From positions 1 through 52,751 of IMG/VR virus record IMGVR_UViG_3300032579_000020: 52,751 nt of DNA. One strand, given 5' to 3'. Positions 24,517 through 33,858 of the stretch are shown one piece after another (within the stretch, counting starts at the first letter, position 1; each line of letters opens with the position of its first letter). A model generated the notes under the pieces. That model had not been told where the DNA came from, made no database searches, and was given only the letters and a program-made list of their open reading frames with translations. Made by a program: the position numbers and the translations under genes. The DNA is from a virus (Duplodnaviria; Caudoviricetes).

Positions 24517-25204
24517 AAAAGGAACGTTCTCTGTAGTACCCTCAAAGCTGCTTGAGATGTGCGAAGACGCTCCACAACAGCTCGCGCTTATCTGGCTATG
24601 GAAGTACAGGAACAGCGAGAACGGAGACTGCTTCCCGTCTATAACAACGCTCTGCAAGCACTGCAAGATGGCGCGAACAACCGTATGCCGTGCGCTAGAT
24701 GGCCTTGAAGCTCTCGGACTTATCTCTAAGGAGAAGCGGTTCCACGAGGACGGCGGCGCTACAAGCAACCTATACAGCGTCTACACGGAGCCTGTCAGGG
24801 TGTGGACACCTAGTAGCGATAAGGTACAGGGGGCCAGTAGCGGTGAGGTACTAGAGGTAGTAGCTAATAGAGACACTAACTATACCAATATAACTAAAAT
24901 AACTTGCGAGCAGCCCAAAGCGGCAGACTCGCGTATAGGTTATAAAGAATGCAAGAGGTGCATTGACGCCTTCTATGCTCATGTTAAGGGATACCCGGCC
25001 ATTGGTAGGGCTGTACGCGCTCTAGCAGCCCCTATACGGGACTTTGGCGAGCAGGAGGTATACGACAGGCTCTTGGCCTATCTGAAGGTCACTGAGGCCC
25101 GTTTCGCTTCATTAGAGCGATTCAAGGCGGTTATCGGTCAATACGAAACAAGGAAGGCGGCGGTGGAGTTCTTTAACCCACACGAGAAGCTGCCGGGGGA
25201 ATGA
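24506..25204 (+). CDS. Phage replication initiator with N-terminal winged HTH
   Basis: CFPSITTLCKHCKMARTTVCRALDGLEALGLI...SNLY; lies upstream of DnaB. Confidence 0.8.
   Translation: MKLEKGTFSVVPSKLLEMCEDAPQQLALIWLWKYRNSENGDCFPSITTLCKHCKMARTTVCRALDGLEALGLISKEKRFHEDGGATSNLYSVYTEPVRVWTPSSDKVQGASSGEVLEVVANRDTNYTNITKITCEQPKAADSRIGYKECKRCIDAFYAHVKGYPAIGRAVRALAAPIRDFGEQEVYDRLLAYLKVTEARFASLERFKAVIGQYETRKAAVEFFNPHEKLPGE
24811..24904. other. Putative replication origin inside the initiator gene
   Basis: Three AGTAGC-core repeats (24812, 24836, 24859), then an AT-rich tract with three TAACT copies. Confidence 0.55.
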
Positions 25205-25494
25205 TGAAGACACGAATCACAAAGATTGATGCGGCCAAAGACGCACGCTATAGGACTGCAACAAATGAAGAGTACAAGCCCGGACAGTTCAACGGACTTG
25301 TTGCTCCGCCTATTGAGTATACCGTTCTAGGCGTACTGGCATCTCCTGTTGAGGTTGGCTTTCCAATCTTGCTGGACAGGGAAGAGCGCAACGGAGTAAA
25401 GGTTGATGGAGCGTTTATGTCAAGCCGTGTGCTTGAGTTCGACGGCAAGGTTGCCAAGACGCTTAACTCGGTATATCTAATACAGGATGTATAA
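25201..25494 (+). CDS. Hypothetical protein
   Basis: ATGA coupling; RNGV..G.F.SS.V...KTLNSVY pattern. Confidence 0.7.
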   Translation: MMKTRITKIDAAKDARYRTATNEEYKPGQFNGLVAPPIEYTVLGVLASPVEVGFPILLDREERNGVKVDGAFMSSRVLEFDGKVAKTLNSVYLIQDV

Positions 25495-25727
25495 TGCCAC
25501 CATGTAAAGAGTCATCCCCGTGTGAGGTATGCACGCTAAAGCAACAGGTCGAGCGGCTGCGGGAGCTTGTCCTTGACTGCCAGCGCACATTGGCTGCGTG
25601 GATTGTTCCTGACAGCGGAATAACCGACGCTGCCGTATTGGATACGCTGCTTGAATTACTTGATGGGCAACGCTCACGCAAAGCTCTCGCGGACACCGCG
25701 CCAGATAAGGAGACAAAAGACGAGTAA
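25494..25727 (+). CDS. Hypothetical protein
   Basis: TAATG coupling. Confidence 0.6.
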   Translation: MPPCKESSPCEVCTLKQQVERLRELVLDCQRTLAAWIVPDSGITDAAVLDTLLELLDGQRSRKALADTAPDKETKDE

Positions 25728-27051
25728 CCAAATAGAGATGGCATTTCTTGGGGCCATTATATTCGACCCAAGCACAACGTTCGATGCGATTGCAGAGAAC
25801 AACATAACACCAGATTGGTTCGGTAATCCAACAAACAGAGCGCTATTTGAGCATATATGCAAGATGCGCTCAGAGAACAAGCCGATTGATCTGTTGACCG
25901 TAAATGCAGGGTTCCACCGCAATATTCTAGAGCTTAGGTACGTAGAAGAGTGCGTAGACGCCTGCCCGACAATAACGCGGCTTCCAGAATATATTCAAGA
26001 GCTTTGCTCTGAATATAAGAAGCGTAAGCTCACAATGGGACTTGAGGTATTGTTGAGAATGTCGCAAGAGTCCCAGCCTGACGATGTGGTTGCATCCGTG
26101 CATACGCTGCTGGATTCAATACATCAAAGGTCGCATGAGAAGGAGGAAACCTTCTATGAGATTGGAAGCCGCATCATTACGAATTGGGAGAATCCAGAAA
26201 GGCAGGTAGGAGTAAGGCCACGTTGGCTTGGAGTTGAGCGGTTGATCGGCACGTATCCAGACGGTGGACTCATCTATCTATCTGGTCGCCCGTCACAAGG
26301 TAAGACCACAGCAGCTACGAATCAAGCTGGGTATAACATCACCCACGATATTCCTACTGCGCTAGCAACCCTTGAGATGACCCGCGACCGAATCGTGAAG
26401 AGGATGATTGCCGAGATGTCTGGTGTGGCAACCTTCTCGATAGACATGGGCGGTAAAGAGTTCCTTGGCAAGGTCAAGGAAACCGTTGATGACTTCAAGA
26501 AGCTTCCACTATACATCGCAGACTGGTCAATGAACATAGACCAGCTATCCGCTTGGGCACATCAAGAGAAGCGCCGTCACGGCATCAGGATGCTAATGGT
26601 TGACCGCATTGAACTTCTCCGTGCGCCTCGCGGTATCAAAGAGAGCGATATGTTCGCCAAGACATCCGCCAACTCGCTAGGGTTGCAGATGCTAGCCAAA
26701 GAGTTGCGTATTCCAGTGGTCGTACTTACGCAGCTTAACAGGGCTTGTGAGGTTGAGAACCGCGAGCCAGAGATGTACGACCTACGTCAGTCAGGTTCAC
26801 TTGAGCAGGATGCGACCATCGTGATGATGATCTATCGTGACCTCAATAATCCTGACACGACTTGGATTAGGGTAGCCAAGTCGCAGGACACTCGTACCGG
26901 AAAGATACCCATGAAGTTCATGTTAGATATCAACCGCTTGGTTGAGGATATGGATTTCTACCAGTACGTACCGGTGAACACGAAAGACTTCAAAGGCACT
27001 GGTGCATTCGAGCCGTGGAAGAAGCAGAAAACCCTTGCAAACATTGGGTAA
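25720..27051 (+). CDS. dnaB: DnaB-like replicative helicase (start codon uncertain)
   Basis: E.A.LG.I N-terminus, PIDLLTV, Walker A SGRPSQGKT, LEM, LAKELRIPVVVLTQLNR, DLRQSGSLEQDA. Confidence 0.93.
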   Translation, partial: TSNQIEMAFLGAIIFDPSTTFDAIAENNITPDWFGNPTNRALFEHICKMRSENKPIDLLTVNAGFHRNILELRYVEECVDACPTITRLPEYIQELCSEYKKRKLTMGLEVLLRMSQESQPDDVVASVHTLLDSIHQRSHEKEETFYEIGSRIITNWENPERQVGVRPRWLGVERLIGTYPDGGLIYLSGRPSQGKTTAATNQAGYNITHDIPTALATLEMTRDRIVKRMIAEMSGVATFSIDMGGKEFLGKVKETVDDFKKLPLYIADWSMNIDQLSAWAHQEKRRHGIRMLMVDRIELLRAPRGIKESDMFAKTSANSLGLQMLAKELRIPVVVLTQLNRACEVENREPEMYDLRQSGSLEQDATIVMMIYRDLNNPDTTWIRVAKSQDTRTGKIPMKFMLDINRLVEDMDFYQYVPVNTKDFKGTGAFEPWKKQKTLANIG

Positions 27052-27056
27052 ACTGC

Positions 27057-27085
27057 TTGACGGCTCAATCAGAAAGTGATACGAT
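27057..27085 (+). promoter_or_regulatory. Sigma70-type promoter
   Basis: TTGACG-17 nt-TACGAT with extended -10 TGn. Confidence 0.65.
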
Positions 27086-27092
27086 ATTAGCA

Positions 27093-27287
27093 ATGGATGA
27101 AACACCTGTCGGCTGGTTCTCGCACTATGCGGATAAACATTGGTTCGTGCGAGATTCTCGGTCCTCCCCATACGTGAGGGTTATCAACGGCGTCGAGAGC
27201 CGGTTTAACCCAAGCCCCGAACTAGACAAGTACGAGGCTGCTTTCGGAAAAGTAGACACACAACACATGATTATCCCAACGGTATAA
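27093..27287 (+). CDS. Hypothetical protein, nearly leaderless
   Basis: ATG lies 7 nt after the -10 box. Confidence 0.5.
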   Translation: MDETPVGWFSHYADKHWFVRDSRSSPYVRVINGVESRFNPSPELDKYEAAFGKVDTQHMIIPTV

Positions 27288-27318
27288 TCACAGAACAACA
27301 CAAGGTAAAGATAACAGA

Positions 27319-27750
27319 ATGAATATCACAGTCGCAAATAATGAATTGAAGTGGACGAGCAAAGACGGCCAGAAGCGCATCTTCGCAGTGCTCACAACCA
27401 CAGGTAAGAAGTACAAGGACGACACTGGCTTGTTCGAGACTGGTCAGTCATATGACGTTCTCATGGAAGAACGTGACGGTAAGTTCGGCAAAGAGTACTG
27501 GATTCGGATGGGCGGCGGTCAAAGCTCTAGCGCTGCTCCTGCGGCGGCAGCGCAGGTTGCCTCGGCTACACCGCCTGCAAGCAAGAACGCAGCCTTCGCG
27601 CTATCCTACGCCAAGGACATCATGTGTTCGATGTTTGCTAACGTTCCCGGTCTTGCCGAGAAGACTGACCCGGTTGCTTCTGTCCTGAGTATCGCAGAAG
27701 ACTACCGGAAGTATCTGGACGGTGAACGCACAGACGACCTCCCTTACTAA
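27319..27750 (+). CDS. Putative single-stranded DNA-binding protein
   Basis: Beta-rich N-terminus, Ala/Pro linker, acidic tail ending DDLPY; located in the replication module. Confidence 0.55.
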   Translation: MNITVANNELKWTSKDGQKRIFAVLTTTGKKYKDDTGLFETGQSYDVLMEERDGKFGKEYWIRMGGGQSSSAAPAAAAQVASATPPASKNAAFALSYAKDIMCSMFANVPGLAEKTDPVASVLSIAEDYRKYLDGERTDDLPY

Positions 27751-27751
27751 C

Positions 27752-28018
27752 ATGAACGAGATTATCTCAGACGATATGCCTGATATGGAAATGCCAAGGT
27801 ATCAGTGCACTAAACAGGTGCACGCCTTGAAGATTCTCAGTATTGATGGATACCAGATGATTCCGTGTGACATCGGATTTGCTCCAATGATACTAAGCGA
27901 GGAATACGTCAAGAAGCACAACCCTAAAGTCGGCGGCTACTACGTAGTCTACGCGGACGGCTACTGCTCTTTCAGTCCCGCCGAAGCATTCGAGAATGGA
28001 TATACACTAATCAAATGA
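27752..28018 (+). CDS. Conserved phage protein
   Basis: Y...K.V.A and GGYYVVYADGYCSFSPAEAFENGY motif. Confidence 0.7.
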   Translation: MNEIISDDMPDMEMPRYQCTKQVHALKILSIDGYQMIPCDIGFAPMILSEEYVKKHNPKVGGYYVVYADGYCSFSPAEAFENGYTLIK

Positions 28019-28365
28019 ACGCAGAACAAAAGATTGGTTTGCTGTCAGAGGCTCTGTCTCGCCATGTGCGTAACCTGCGGTTGACTGGCGGGCTATCTAG
28101 CCTGTCAGCAATCGAGGAACAGCACGGCGACCAGTATCGGTGCGAGATTGCATTCAGCGGTCTGCACCAAGAAGCCGTGACTGTCACGAAGAAGAACAAG
28201 GACGAAGCTGGTGATGACATTGCAAAGTGTCTAGCTGTAATCCTAAAGGAAGAGAGCGTTGAGCTGAAGAAGCTTATCGCCAAGAAGCAGGCCGACGTTG
28301 ACATCATTGATGCCGCGGTAGCCAAATCAGAAGCTCCAGAGACTCCGCTTGTAACCATCAAGTAA
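28015..28365 (+). CDS. Hypothetical protein
   Basis: ATGA coupling. Confidence 0.65.
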   Translation: MNAEQKIGLLSEALSRHVRNLRLTGGLSSLSAIEEQHGDQYRCEIAFSGLHQEAVTVTKKNKDEAGDDIAKCLAVILKEESVELKKLIAKKQADVDIIDAAVAKSEAPETPLVTIK

Positions 28366-28409
28366 TTCCGTGTCGGTCAAAGTTCACATTACATTGCATA
28401 GATCACATT

Positions 28410-29096
28410 ATGATTAAGATTCGACCATTGGATATTGCTAAGTGCACGAAGCAAGAGTTGACGTACCTAGCCACTCATCGGTGTAAGCACGGCCATTCCT
28501 ACCTGTCTCACTATACATGCTGGCAGAAGGAACGAGACAATCAGAAAGCTGAACGCATCGGCTTCCTTGATATCGAGACGAGTGACCTTAACGCCGCGCA
28601 CGGCGTCTGTCTCTCATATGCCATCAAGGAACTAGGCGGTAAGGTTGTTGGTAGAACGCTTCGCCCTGACGAGGTTAAGACAGGAACATACGACCTAGAC
28701 CTGATGCGCGAGTGCGTTCGTGATATGGTATCATTCGACAGGCTTGTTGGATATTACTGCATTGACAGGCGTTTTGATCTGCCGTTCCTTCGTTCTCGCT
28801 GCCTAAAGAATCGCGTGTGGTTTCCGAAGTATAAGGACATCGTTGTTAGCGACTGCTACTCGATGGCAAAGAACAAGCTCAAGCTTCGCAGCAACAGGCT
28901 ACAGGCTGTCTGTGAGTTCCTTGATATCCCGAGCAAGGCACATAAGCTTGACCCTCAAAACTGGCTAAGGTGTTTGGCTGGCGATCAGGACGCACTCAAC
29001 TATGTCTGGACGCACAACGTCGAGGATGTTGAGTCTACAGAGGAAGTATGGCGGCGGTTGGTTGAGTTCCAAGCTCCGTCTAAAGTAAGCATCTAA
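28410..29096 (+). CDS. RNase H-like / DnaQ-type 3'-5' exonuclease
   Basis: FLDIETS, RFDLPFL, HNVEDV. Confidence 0.85.
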   Translation: MIKIRPLDIAKCTKQELTYLATHRCKHGHSYLSHYTCWQKERDNQKAERIGFLDIETSDLNAAHGVCLSYAIKELGGKVVGRTLRPDEVKTGTYDLDLMRECVRDMVSFDRLVGYYCIDRRFDLPFLRSRCLKNRVWFPKYKDIVVSDCYSMAKNKLKLRSNRLQAVCEFLDIPSKAHKLDPQNWLRCLAGDQDALNYVWTHNVEDVESTEEVWRRLVEFQAPSKVSI

Positions 29097-29189
29097 TCCG
29101 CTATACCGAGTAGGCTCGGAACAAGGTGTGGGGCCAGCAAGTTGAAACGCTTTCCAAGCGTGGAGACCTCTACTGGCCTCTTTTCTATT

Positions 29190-29375
29190 ATGAACGAACA
29201 GATATACGAAGAAGATGTGCAGGGTATTGTTCTGACTGCTATTGACACGGTAGAGCGCGAGCTTCAGAAGCTTGGCATTAAGCTAACCACAAAAGACAAT
29301 GATGCAATCTATGATGCTCTGTTGCTTCCGGTAGAGATGGCGGCAGGTCAACCACTGTACAGGAATCAAAACTGA
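29190..29375 (+). CDS. Hypothetical protein
   Basis: MNEQIYEEDV...; first of a chain of coupled small ORFs running to about 29950. Confidence 0.5.
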   Translation: MNEQIYEEDVQGIVLTAIDTVERELQKLGIKLTTKDNDAIYDALLLPVEMAAGQPLYRNQN

Positions 29376-29638
29376 TGATTACTGTAGAAATTGAATATAC
29401 GAACCAGACTGTGTATAAAGATTTCGTTGATTGGGATGCAGCGTGCGACTACTGCCGAAGAGACGGCGACCACTGCTTGGACTGGAACATCGTTAAAGAT
29501 CATGGAGAACAAACAGACCGAAGGCTACATCTGGCAAACGTGCGACGCGTGTCACCTTGAGTTTCCGGTAAGCATGATGCACTGGATTGCAGAGGGTGAC
29601 ATGCTGGTGTGTGAACGGTGTGAAGGAATTGCTATTAT

Positions 29639-29947
29639 ATGGACAAGCTGATAGTAAAAACAATCCGTCGTGAGAACGGTGTCATAGAGAACATCTGCAA
29701 GTGTGGCGTTGGACACCCTGCGTTTGGTAGCGCAGACTACTTGTGGAGAGTTTCGCCTGAGTATAAAGAAGGTGAAGACAATCCACTTGGCGTTCACGGA
29801 TGCTGTGGCTGCTGCGCTAGCAAGGACTGGAAGATTGAAGACATGCGTGCCGGTATAACAATAGGTAACGTTTACCTTATCAGATTGCAGAACTCGCTAA
29901 AGGCGCTTAGGGCGTACAACTTCGGTAACTTATTCGGTGGAGCATAA
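29639..29947 (+). CDS. Cys/His-rich hypothetical protein
   Basis: E.IC.CGVGHP...VHGCCGCC. Confidence 0.65.
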   Translation: MDKLIVKTIRRENGVIENICKCGVGHPAFGSADYLWRVSPEYKEGEDNPLGVHGCCGCCASKDWKIEDMRAGITIGNVYLIRLQNSLKALRAYNFGNLFGGA

Positions 29948-30235
29948 ATGGAAATCGAACAACGAGTAATAGCAAAGATTGAGAAGCGTCGTGATGTAGG
30001 CAGGAAGAAGTACGGTGTTACTATGGAGCGCACCGATGTAGACTTCCAGACATGGCTACAACACGCTCAGGACGAGGCGCTAGACTTCGCCATCTATCTT
30101 GAGAAGATGATTAGGATGAACGAGAAACCGGAGTTGCATGATGCTGCTCCAGTAAAAGAGGAAACTTATGGCGGATGGTTCTGGTGCGCGGTGTGCGGGA
30201 GAGTCCACTACAACGGATTATTTTGCACAAAATGA
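29948..30235 (+). CDS. All-alpha NTP-pyrophosphatase-like phage protein
   Basis: R...G.KKYG.T..R.D...WLQHAQDEALD..IYL. Confidence 0.6.
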   Translation: MEIEQRVIAKIEKRRDVGRKKYGVTMERTDVDFQTWLQHAQDEALDFAIYLEKMIRMNEKPELHDAAPVKEETYGGWFWCAVCGRVHYNGLFCTK

Positions 30236-30405
30236 ATCAGCCGAGCGTCAGGTGATGATCGGCAAGATTCTGTGGGTAGAACAGGGAAACGCACTTGAAG
30301 TCAACAAGGCAACGCTGGTCCTTGGTTTCAAGAAGGCGTGGTATCTGATGGAGAATGAAGACATCAAGCGGCTATTAGCCATGCTTGAGAAGAAAGGTTT
30401 AGTTA

Positions 30406-30699
30406 ATGGAACAGTGGCTTAAAGTACATATTGAGTGGAGTCGTAAGACGTTTGGTGAAGGTATGCGTACGCTTGGCCTGTGCAAGCATATCGCAAGTGA
30501 ACTGGAAGAGATTAAGAAGGCACCTAAAGACCTAGAGGAATGGATAGATGTTCTTGTCTTGGGGTTCGATGGCGCTTGGCGGGCGGGATACACGCCAAAG
30601 GAAATCATTGCTATGCTTGAGTTTAAGCAGGCCAAGAACATGAAGCGAGAGTATCCGAAACCGACCAGCGAGGATGAGCCTAGCTTCCACAAGAAATAA
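30406..30699 (+). CDS. DUF550-type dATP/dGTP pyrophosphohydrolase-like protein
   Basis: WSRKTFG...H...EL.E.......EWIDV..L.FDGAWRAG...K..KN..R.YP. Confidence 0.8.
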   Translation: MEQWLKVHIEWSRKTFGEGMRTLGLCKHIASELEEIKKAPKDLEEWIDVLVLGFDGAWRAGYTPKEIIAMLEFKQAKNMKREYPKPTSEDEPSFHKK

Positions 30700-30700
30700 T

Positions 30701-31543
30701 ATGGCAACACGTTATCTAAACAGCAGTGAAGGTGGTTCCCACTGGTATCGCGCTGACGGGACACCACAGTATGAAACGCCATCAGCGGACGGCAAGAAGA
30801 TGGTCGGAACAACTCTTGCACACGCGAGGAAGTTTAAGCTTCTCCCGTCTGTGACCACCATCACTAGCATCCGTAACAAGCGCGAACTGAACAACTGGAT
30901 TAAAGAGCAGGCCATCCTTGCCGCACTTACAACAGAGCGCATGGAACACGAAGCAGAACTTGACTTCGTTAGGCGTATCAATACAGAGTCAGAGAAGCAG
31001 GGTAAGGACGCGGCAGAACAAGGGGCAAGGATTCATGCAGTACTCGAAGCATACTTCGGGAACGCCGTCGAACCGGATGGTGGAGATGCTGTTGGCGTTG
31101 CAGCGGTTGTTGGAATGCAGCGCATCCTTACAGACCTTGAACTCGATGTACTGTCCTGTGAGACTCCGTTTGGCAATCCTACCGAAGGTTATGCGGGCTG
31201 CGTTGATATGCACTGCGTTCGACGCACTGATAAGAAACCGTTTGTTCTGGACTTTAAAACCAAGGATGGACTTGATAGGTTCACGGACAAGTATGGCAGG
31301 CCAACAATCCCGAAGTACATGATTGACTACGGTATTCAGGGTGCTGCGTACATTCGTGGCTCTGGTAGGTTCGGGGCTACATTCGTAACCGTACCTATTG
31401 ACCGCTCTACGGGTAACTGCATGGCGATTGCTTGGGATGACAAGGAGATCGAACGGTGCGACAAGATATTCACACTAGAGAAGGAACTGTGGTTCCTGTG
31501 CAATAACTATGACCCGCGTGGCATACAGGAGGATGGAGCATGA
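30701..31543 (+). CDS. PD-(D/E)xK exonuclease (Cas4-like/RecB-type)
   Basis: LPSVTTI, GARIHAVLE, YAGCVD, VLDFKT, QGAAY. Confidence 0.85.
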   Translation: MATRYLNSSEGGSHWYRADGTPQYETPSADGKKMVGTTLAHARKFKLLPSVTTITSIRNKRELNNWIKEQAILAALTTERMEHEAELDFVRRINTESEKQGKDAAEQGARIHAVLEAYFGNAVEPDGGDAVGVAAVVGMQRILTDLELDVLSCETPFGNPTEGYAGCVDMHCVRRTDKKPFVLDFKTKDGLDRFTDKYGRPTIPKYMIDYGIQGAAYIRGSGRFGATFVTVPIDRSTGNCMAIAWDDKEIERCDKIFTLEKELWFLCNNYDPRGIQEDGA

Positions 31544-31761
31544 CACACCCGAGAGGTTGTTACGTAGAACTTGTTGACGGCAGGACGGCCTGCTACGGAA
31601 GGAGTCGAACCGCGAATGGAATCAAGCTGCACGAAATCTCGATCAATGGCGGAGGAATCGCAGTCGTCGGGGAAAACGAAATCAAGTCGGTTGACGACTC
31701 GCGTCCTGGGTGGTGCGACGCGGAAACGCACGCGCTCCATCAAGAGCAGCGAGCTTTATGA
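31540..31761 (+). CDS. Hypothetical protein
   Basis: GGAG RBS; ATGA coupling. Confidence 0.55.
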   Translation: MTHPRGCYVELVDGRTACYGRSRTANGIKLHEISINGGGIAVVGENEIKSVDDSRPGWCDAETHALHQEQRAL

Positions 31762-31973
31762 AGACCTATCAGCAAATGAACCATCCCTTAGGGTATACAA
31801 ACGGAAAGCAAAACTACTCGGAGCAAGAAGTCATTGACTTAATCACTCTGATTGATAGTTGCTTTACGACTGTAGAGATCGCGCCCTGTCCGTTCCCTGC
31901 TCAAAGGAAGTGGCAAGAGTGGTGGACGCGAAGGGCTAGAGAGTTGGTTCCACAGATTCCGGCAGACTACTAG
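31758..31973 (+). CDS. Hypothetical protein, last gene of the rightward arm
   Basis: ATGA coupling; MKTYQQM... Confidence 0.55.
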   Translation: MKTYQQMNHPLGYTNGKQNYSEQEVIDLITLIDSCFTTVEIAPCPFPAQRKWQEWWTRRARELVPQIPADY

Positions 31974-32002
31974 AAGCGTTCGTTAGGCAAGTGTTCTACT
32001 CC

Positions 32003-32051
32003 AAGCGCGGCGGTTAATCCTCTTCGGAGGGTTTTCCGCTGCGCTTTTTTT
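32003..32051 (+). terminator. Terminator where the two arms converge
   Basis: AAGCGCGGCGG..AATCCTC-TTCG-GAGGGTT..CCGCTGCGC then TTTTTTT. Confidence 0.8.
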
Positions 32052-32148
32052 GTCTCTTGGTATCAACTGGTTCTACGTCCTTAGAGCCACAAACAGGACA
32101 CTCCCACCCGCTACTAAACACTTCACCGCATTCGCACGACCATTGCAT
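32014..32148 (-). CDS. Small Zn-ribbon protein (44 aa)
   Basis: Read manually as MQWSCECGEVFSSGWECPVCGSKDV... Confidence 0.55.
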   Translation of the reverse strand: MQWSCECGEVFSSGWECPVCGSKDVEPVDTKRQKKRSGKPSEED

Positions 32149-32149
32149 A

Positions 32150-32560
32150 TCAAGTCAATGAGGCGTAAGCCGCACCCTCCGCAATACTGGCCTTAGTGTG
32201 CCAAGCCCACGTTGTAATCCACCCGAAGTAATGTACTGCCTTGTAGAACGTCTCAGCCTTATCCATAGCGATAGGACCATTAAGGTCTAGAAGGCATTTA
32301 AACTCTTGGTCGCATTCATCCCTAGTAAGCAGTTCCGCCTCGTACAAGGCGTCGTGACACAGGGCTGGTGCCATGTAGTTAGGGTCGAACGGAGCACCAA
32401 CCAAAGACCAAAGGCATCTAGGAATAGAAGCGCCATCAGTGGTGAACCCAGCCTGAATAGTAAGAGTTTTGCCAGACACCGGAAGAACAATGCTGTAGAC
32501 CTCATCTACAACGCACAGTTCTGTACCCGGCACAGGAGACATCTTTGGTTGCTTAATCAT
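32150..32560 (-). CDS. DUF1353 domain protein
   Basis: GFTTDGASIPR.LW...P.....A.L.HDALY......R...D..F. Confidence 0.85.
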   Translation of the reverse strand: MIKQPKMSPVPGTELCVVDEVYSIVLPVSGKTLTIQAGFTTDGASIPRCLWSLVGAPFDPNYMAPALCHDALYEAELLTRDECDQEFKCLLDLNGPIAMDKAETFYKAVHYFGWITTWAWHTKASIAEGAAYASLT

Positions 32561-32563
32561 GGC

Positions 32564-33568
32564 TTACTTCCATTGACCGCAGCCGCACTGATAACCTTTT
32601 GCAGTGAGTCTAGCCGTGATAGCAAGTCTGTCTGCATCCGACTCAGCATACCACTCACCAGCCCAAGTATTCTTTGCTCCAACGAGGGCAGCAATAGAAT
32701 CAAGTTCTGAGATATAAGCAGCACTAGTTGCATCAGTAAGTGCTTCATTAATAGGGTGACCATCTGTTTCCTTCCATAGCTGAATGTTGGCATCCGACGC
32801 GTGAACCTGCTTTAAGAAGTCTAGACTGGCGCTTCCAGCGATAACAGGAGCATCTGCACCAGCATACTTGCGTACAATGTTGGCAATCTGTACAACCTGA
32901 GCTACCGATAGATTGCGGTTGCACTCTAGGCCAATAAGATACAACGGTGTAATACCGCGAGAACCCTTGTAGCAGCTAACTACGTACTTGATAAATGCGT
33001 CCATGCCGCTCATTGGGATTGTCATTTCAGGGCTGTCGGTAAGCACGTTGATGAAGTAGAACGGAGAGCCACAGGCATGAACCAACCATACAGCCGAGTT
33101 CTCGTCCGATGGAACATGGGTAACTCCATCCTCTTCCACTGTATCGCAGGTGAAGCAGGCAAACGCCGTACTCATATCCTTGAGCTTATCAGCAAAGGCA
33201 ATCATGGCATTACCTCCCCACTTGGCGATTGCTGTTGGCAGGTATCGGCGGTAGTCATTCTCGTAAGACGTTCCGGCACACCTGAAGTAAGCCTGCGTGC
33301 TGTCAGGCCAAGGCGGTCCCATAGTGACCCACGTAGACTGTGGAACAGCAGGCGGGCAGAACATGACGCCACGAACTAGTCCTGTATTCTGGACCACTAC
33401 AGGAGATGCCACAGGTGCAACAGGGGGCGTCGGAGCAACCGGAACGACTACTGGTGCCACCGGATTAACAGGAGCCGCCTCAGGGGCAGCAGGGCCGTTA
33501 TCCTTATTGCTGAATAGATTCTCCACCCAATCCCTAATGCTATAGAACCAGCTAGATACTTTGCTCAT
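32564..33568 (-). CDS. Hypothetical protein in the lysis-module position (possible glycoside-hydrolase-like barrel)
   Basis: Amphipathic N-terminus, Pro/Val linker, alternating alpha/beta core with IGLECN and AGEW. Function is inferred only. Confidence 0.55.
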   Translation of the reverse strand: MSKVSSWFYSIRDWVENLFSNKDNGPAAPEAAPVNPVAPVVVPVAPTPPVAPVASPVVVQNTGLVRGVMFCPPAVPQSTWVTMGPPWPDSTQAYFRCAGTSYENDYRRYLPTAIAKWGGNAMIAFADKLKDMSTAFACFTCDTVEEDGVTHVPSDENSAVWLVHACGSPFYFINVLTDSPEMTIPMSGMDAFIKYVVSCYKGSRGITPLYLIGLECNRNLSVAQVVQIANIVRKYAGADAPVIAGSASLDFLKQVHASDANIQLWKETDGHPINEALTDATSAAYISELDSIAALVGAKNTWAGEWYAESDADRLAITARLTAKGYQCGCGQWK

Positions 33569-33576
33569 TGTTTTCC

Positions 33577-33858
33577 TTATTTAAGTTTGGCAGACACAGA
33601 AGGCGCGACGCCAGTAATGGAGTTGCCATTACCAGCGCTGTTGTTGTTACCAGCCGAGATGCCGGTTAGAGAGTCTGCAAGCTTTGCAGTAAGAGGAACG
33701 CTCTCTGTAATAACCATGTTTGAGCTAGATTGCTCGTGGAACTGCACTCCAACCTTCTGAGCCATAGGGGCATATACAACAGTGCATCCGGCGAACGGCT
33801 GCATAACGGGGCAGCTAGCCATCAGTAGAAGTGCGAGAAATAAAAGTTTGTTTTTCAT
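33577..33858 (-). CDS. Secreted or lipoprotein-like protein (spanin candidate)
   Basis: Signal peptide MKNKLLFLALLLMASC with a lipobox-like Cys. Confidence 0.55.
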   Translation of the reverse strand: MKNKLLFLALLLMASCPVMQPFAGCTVVYAPMAQKVGVQFHEQSSSNMVITESVPLTAKLADSLTGISAGNNNSAGNGNSITGVAPSVSAKLK

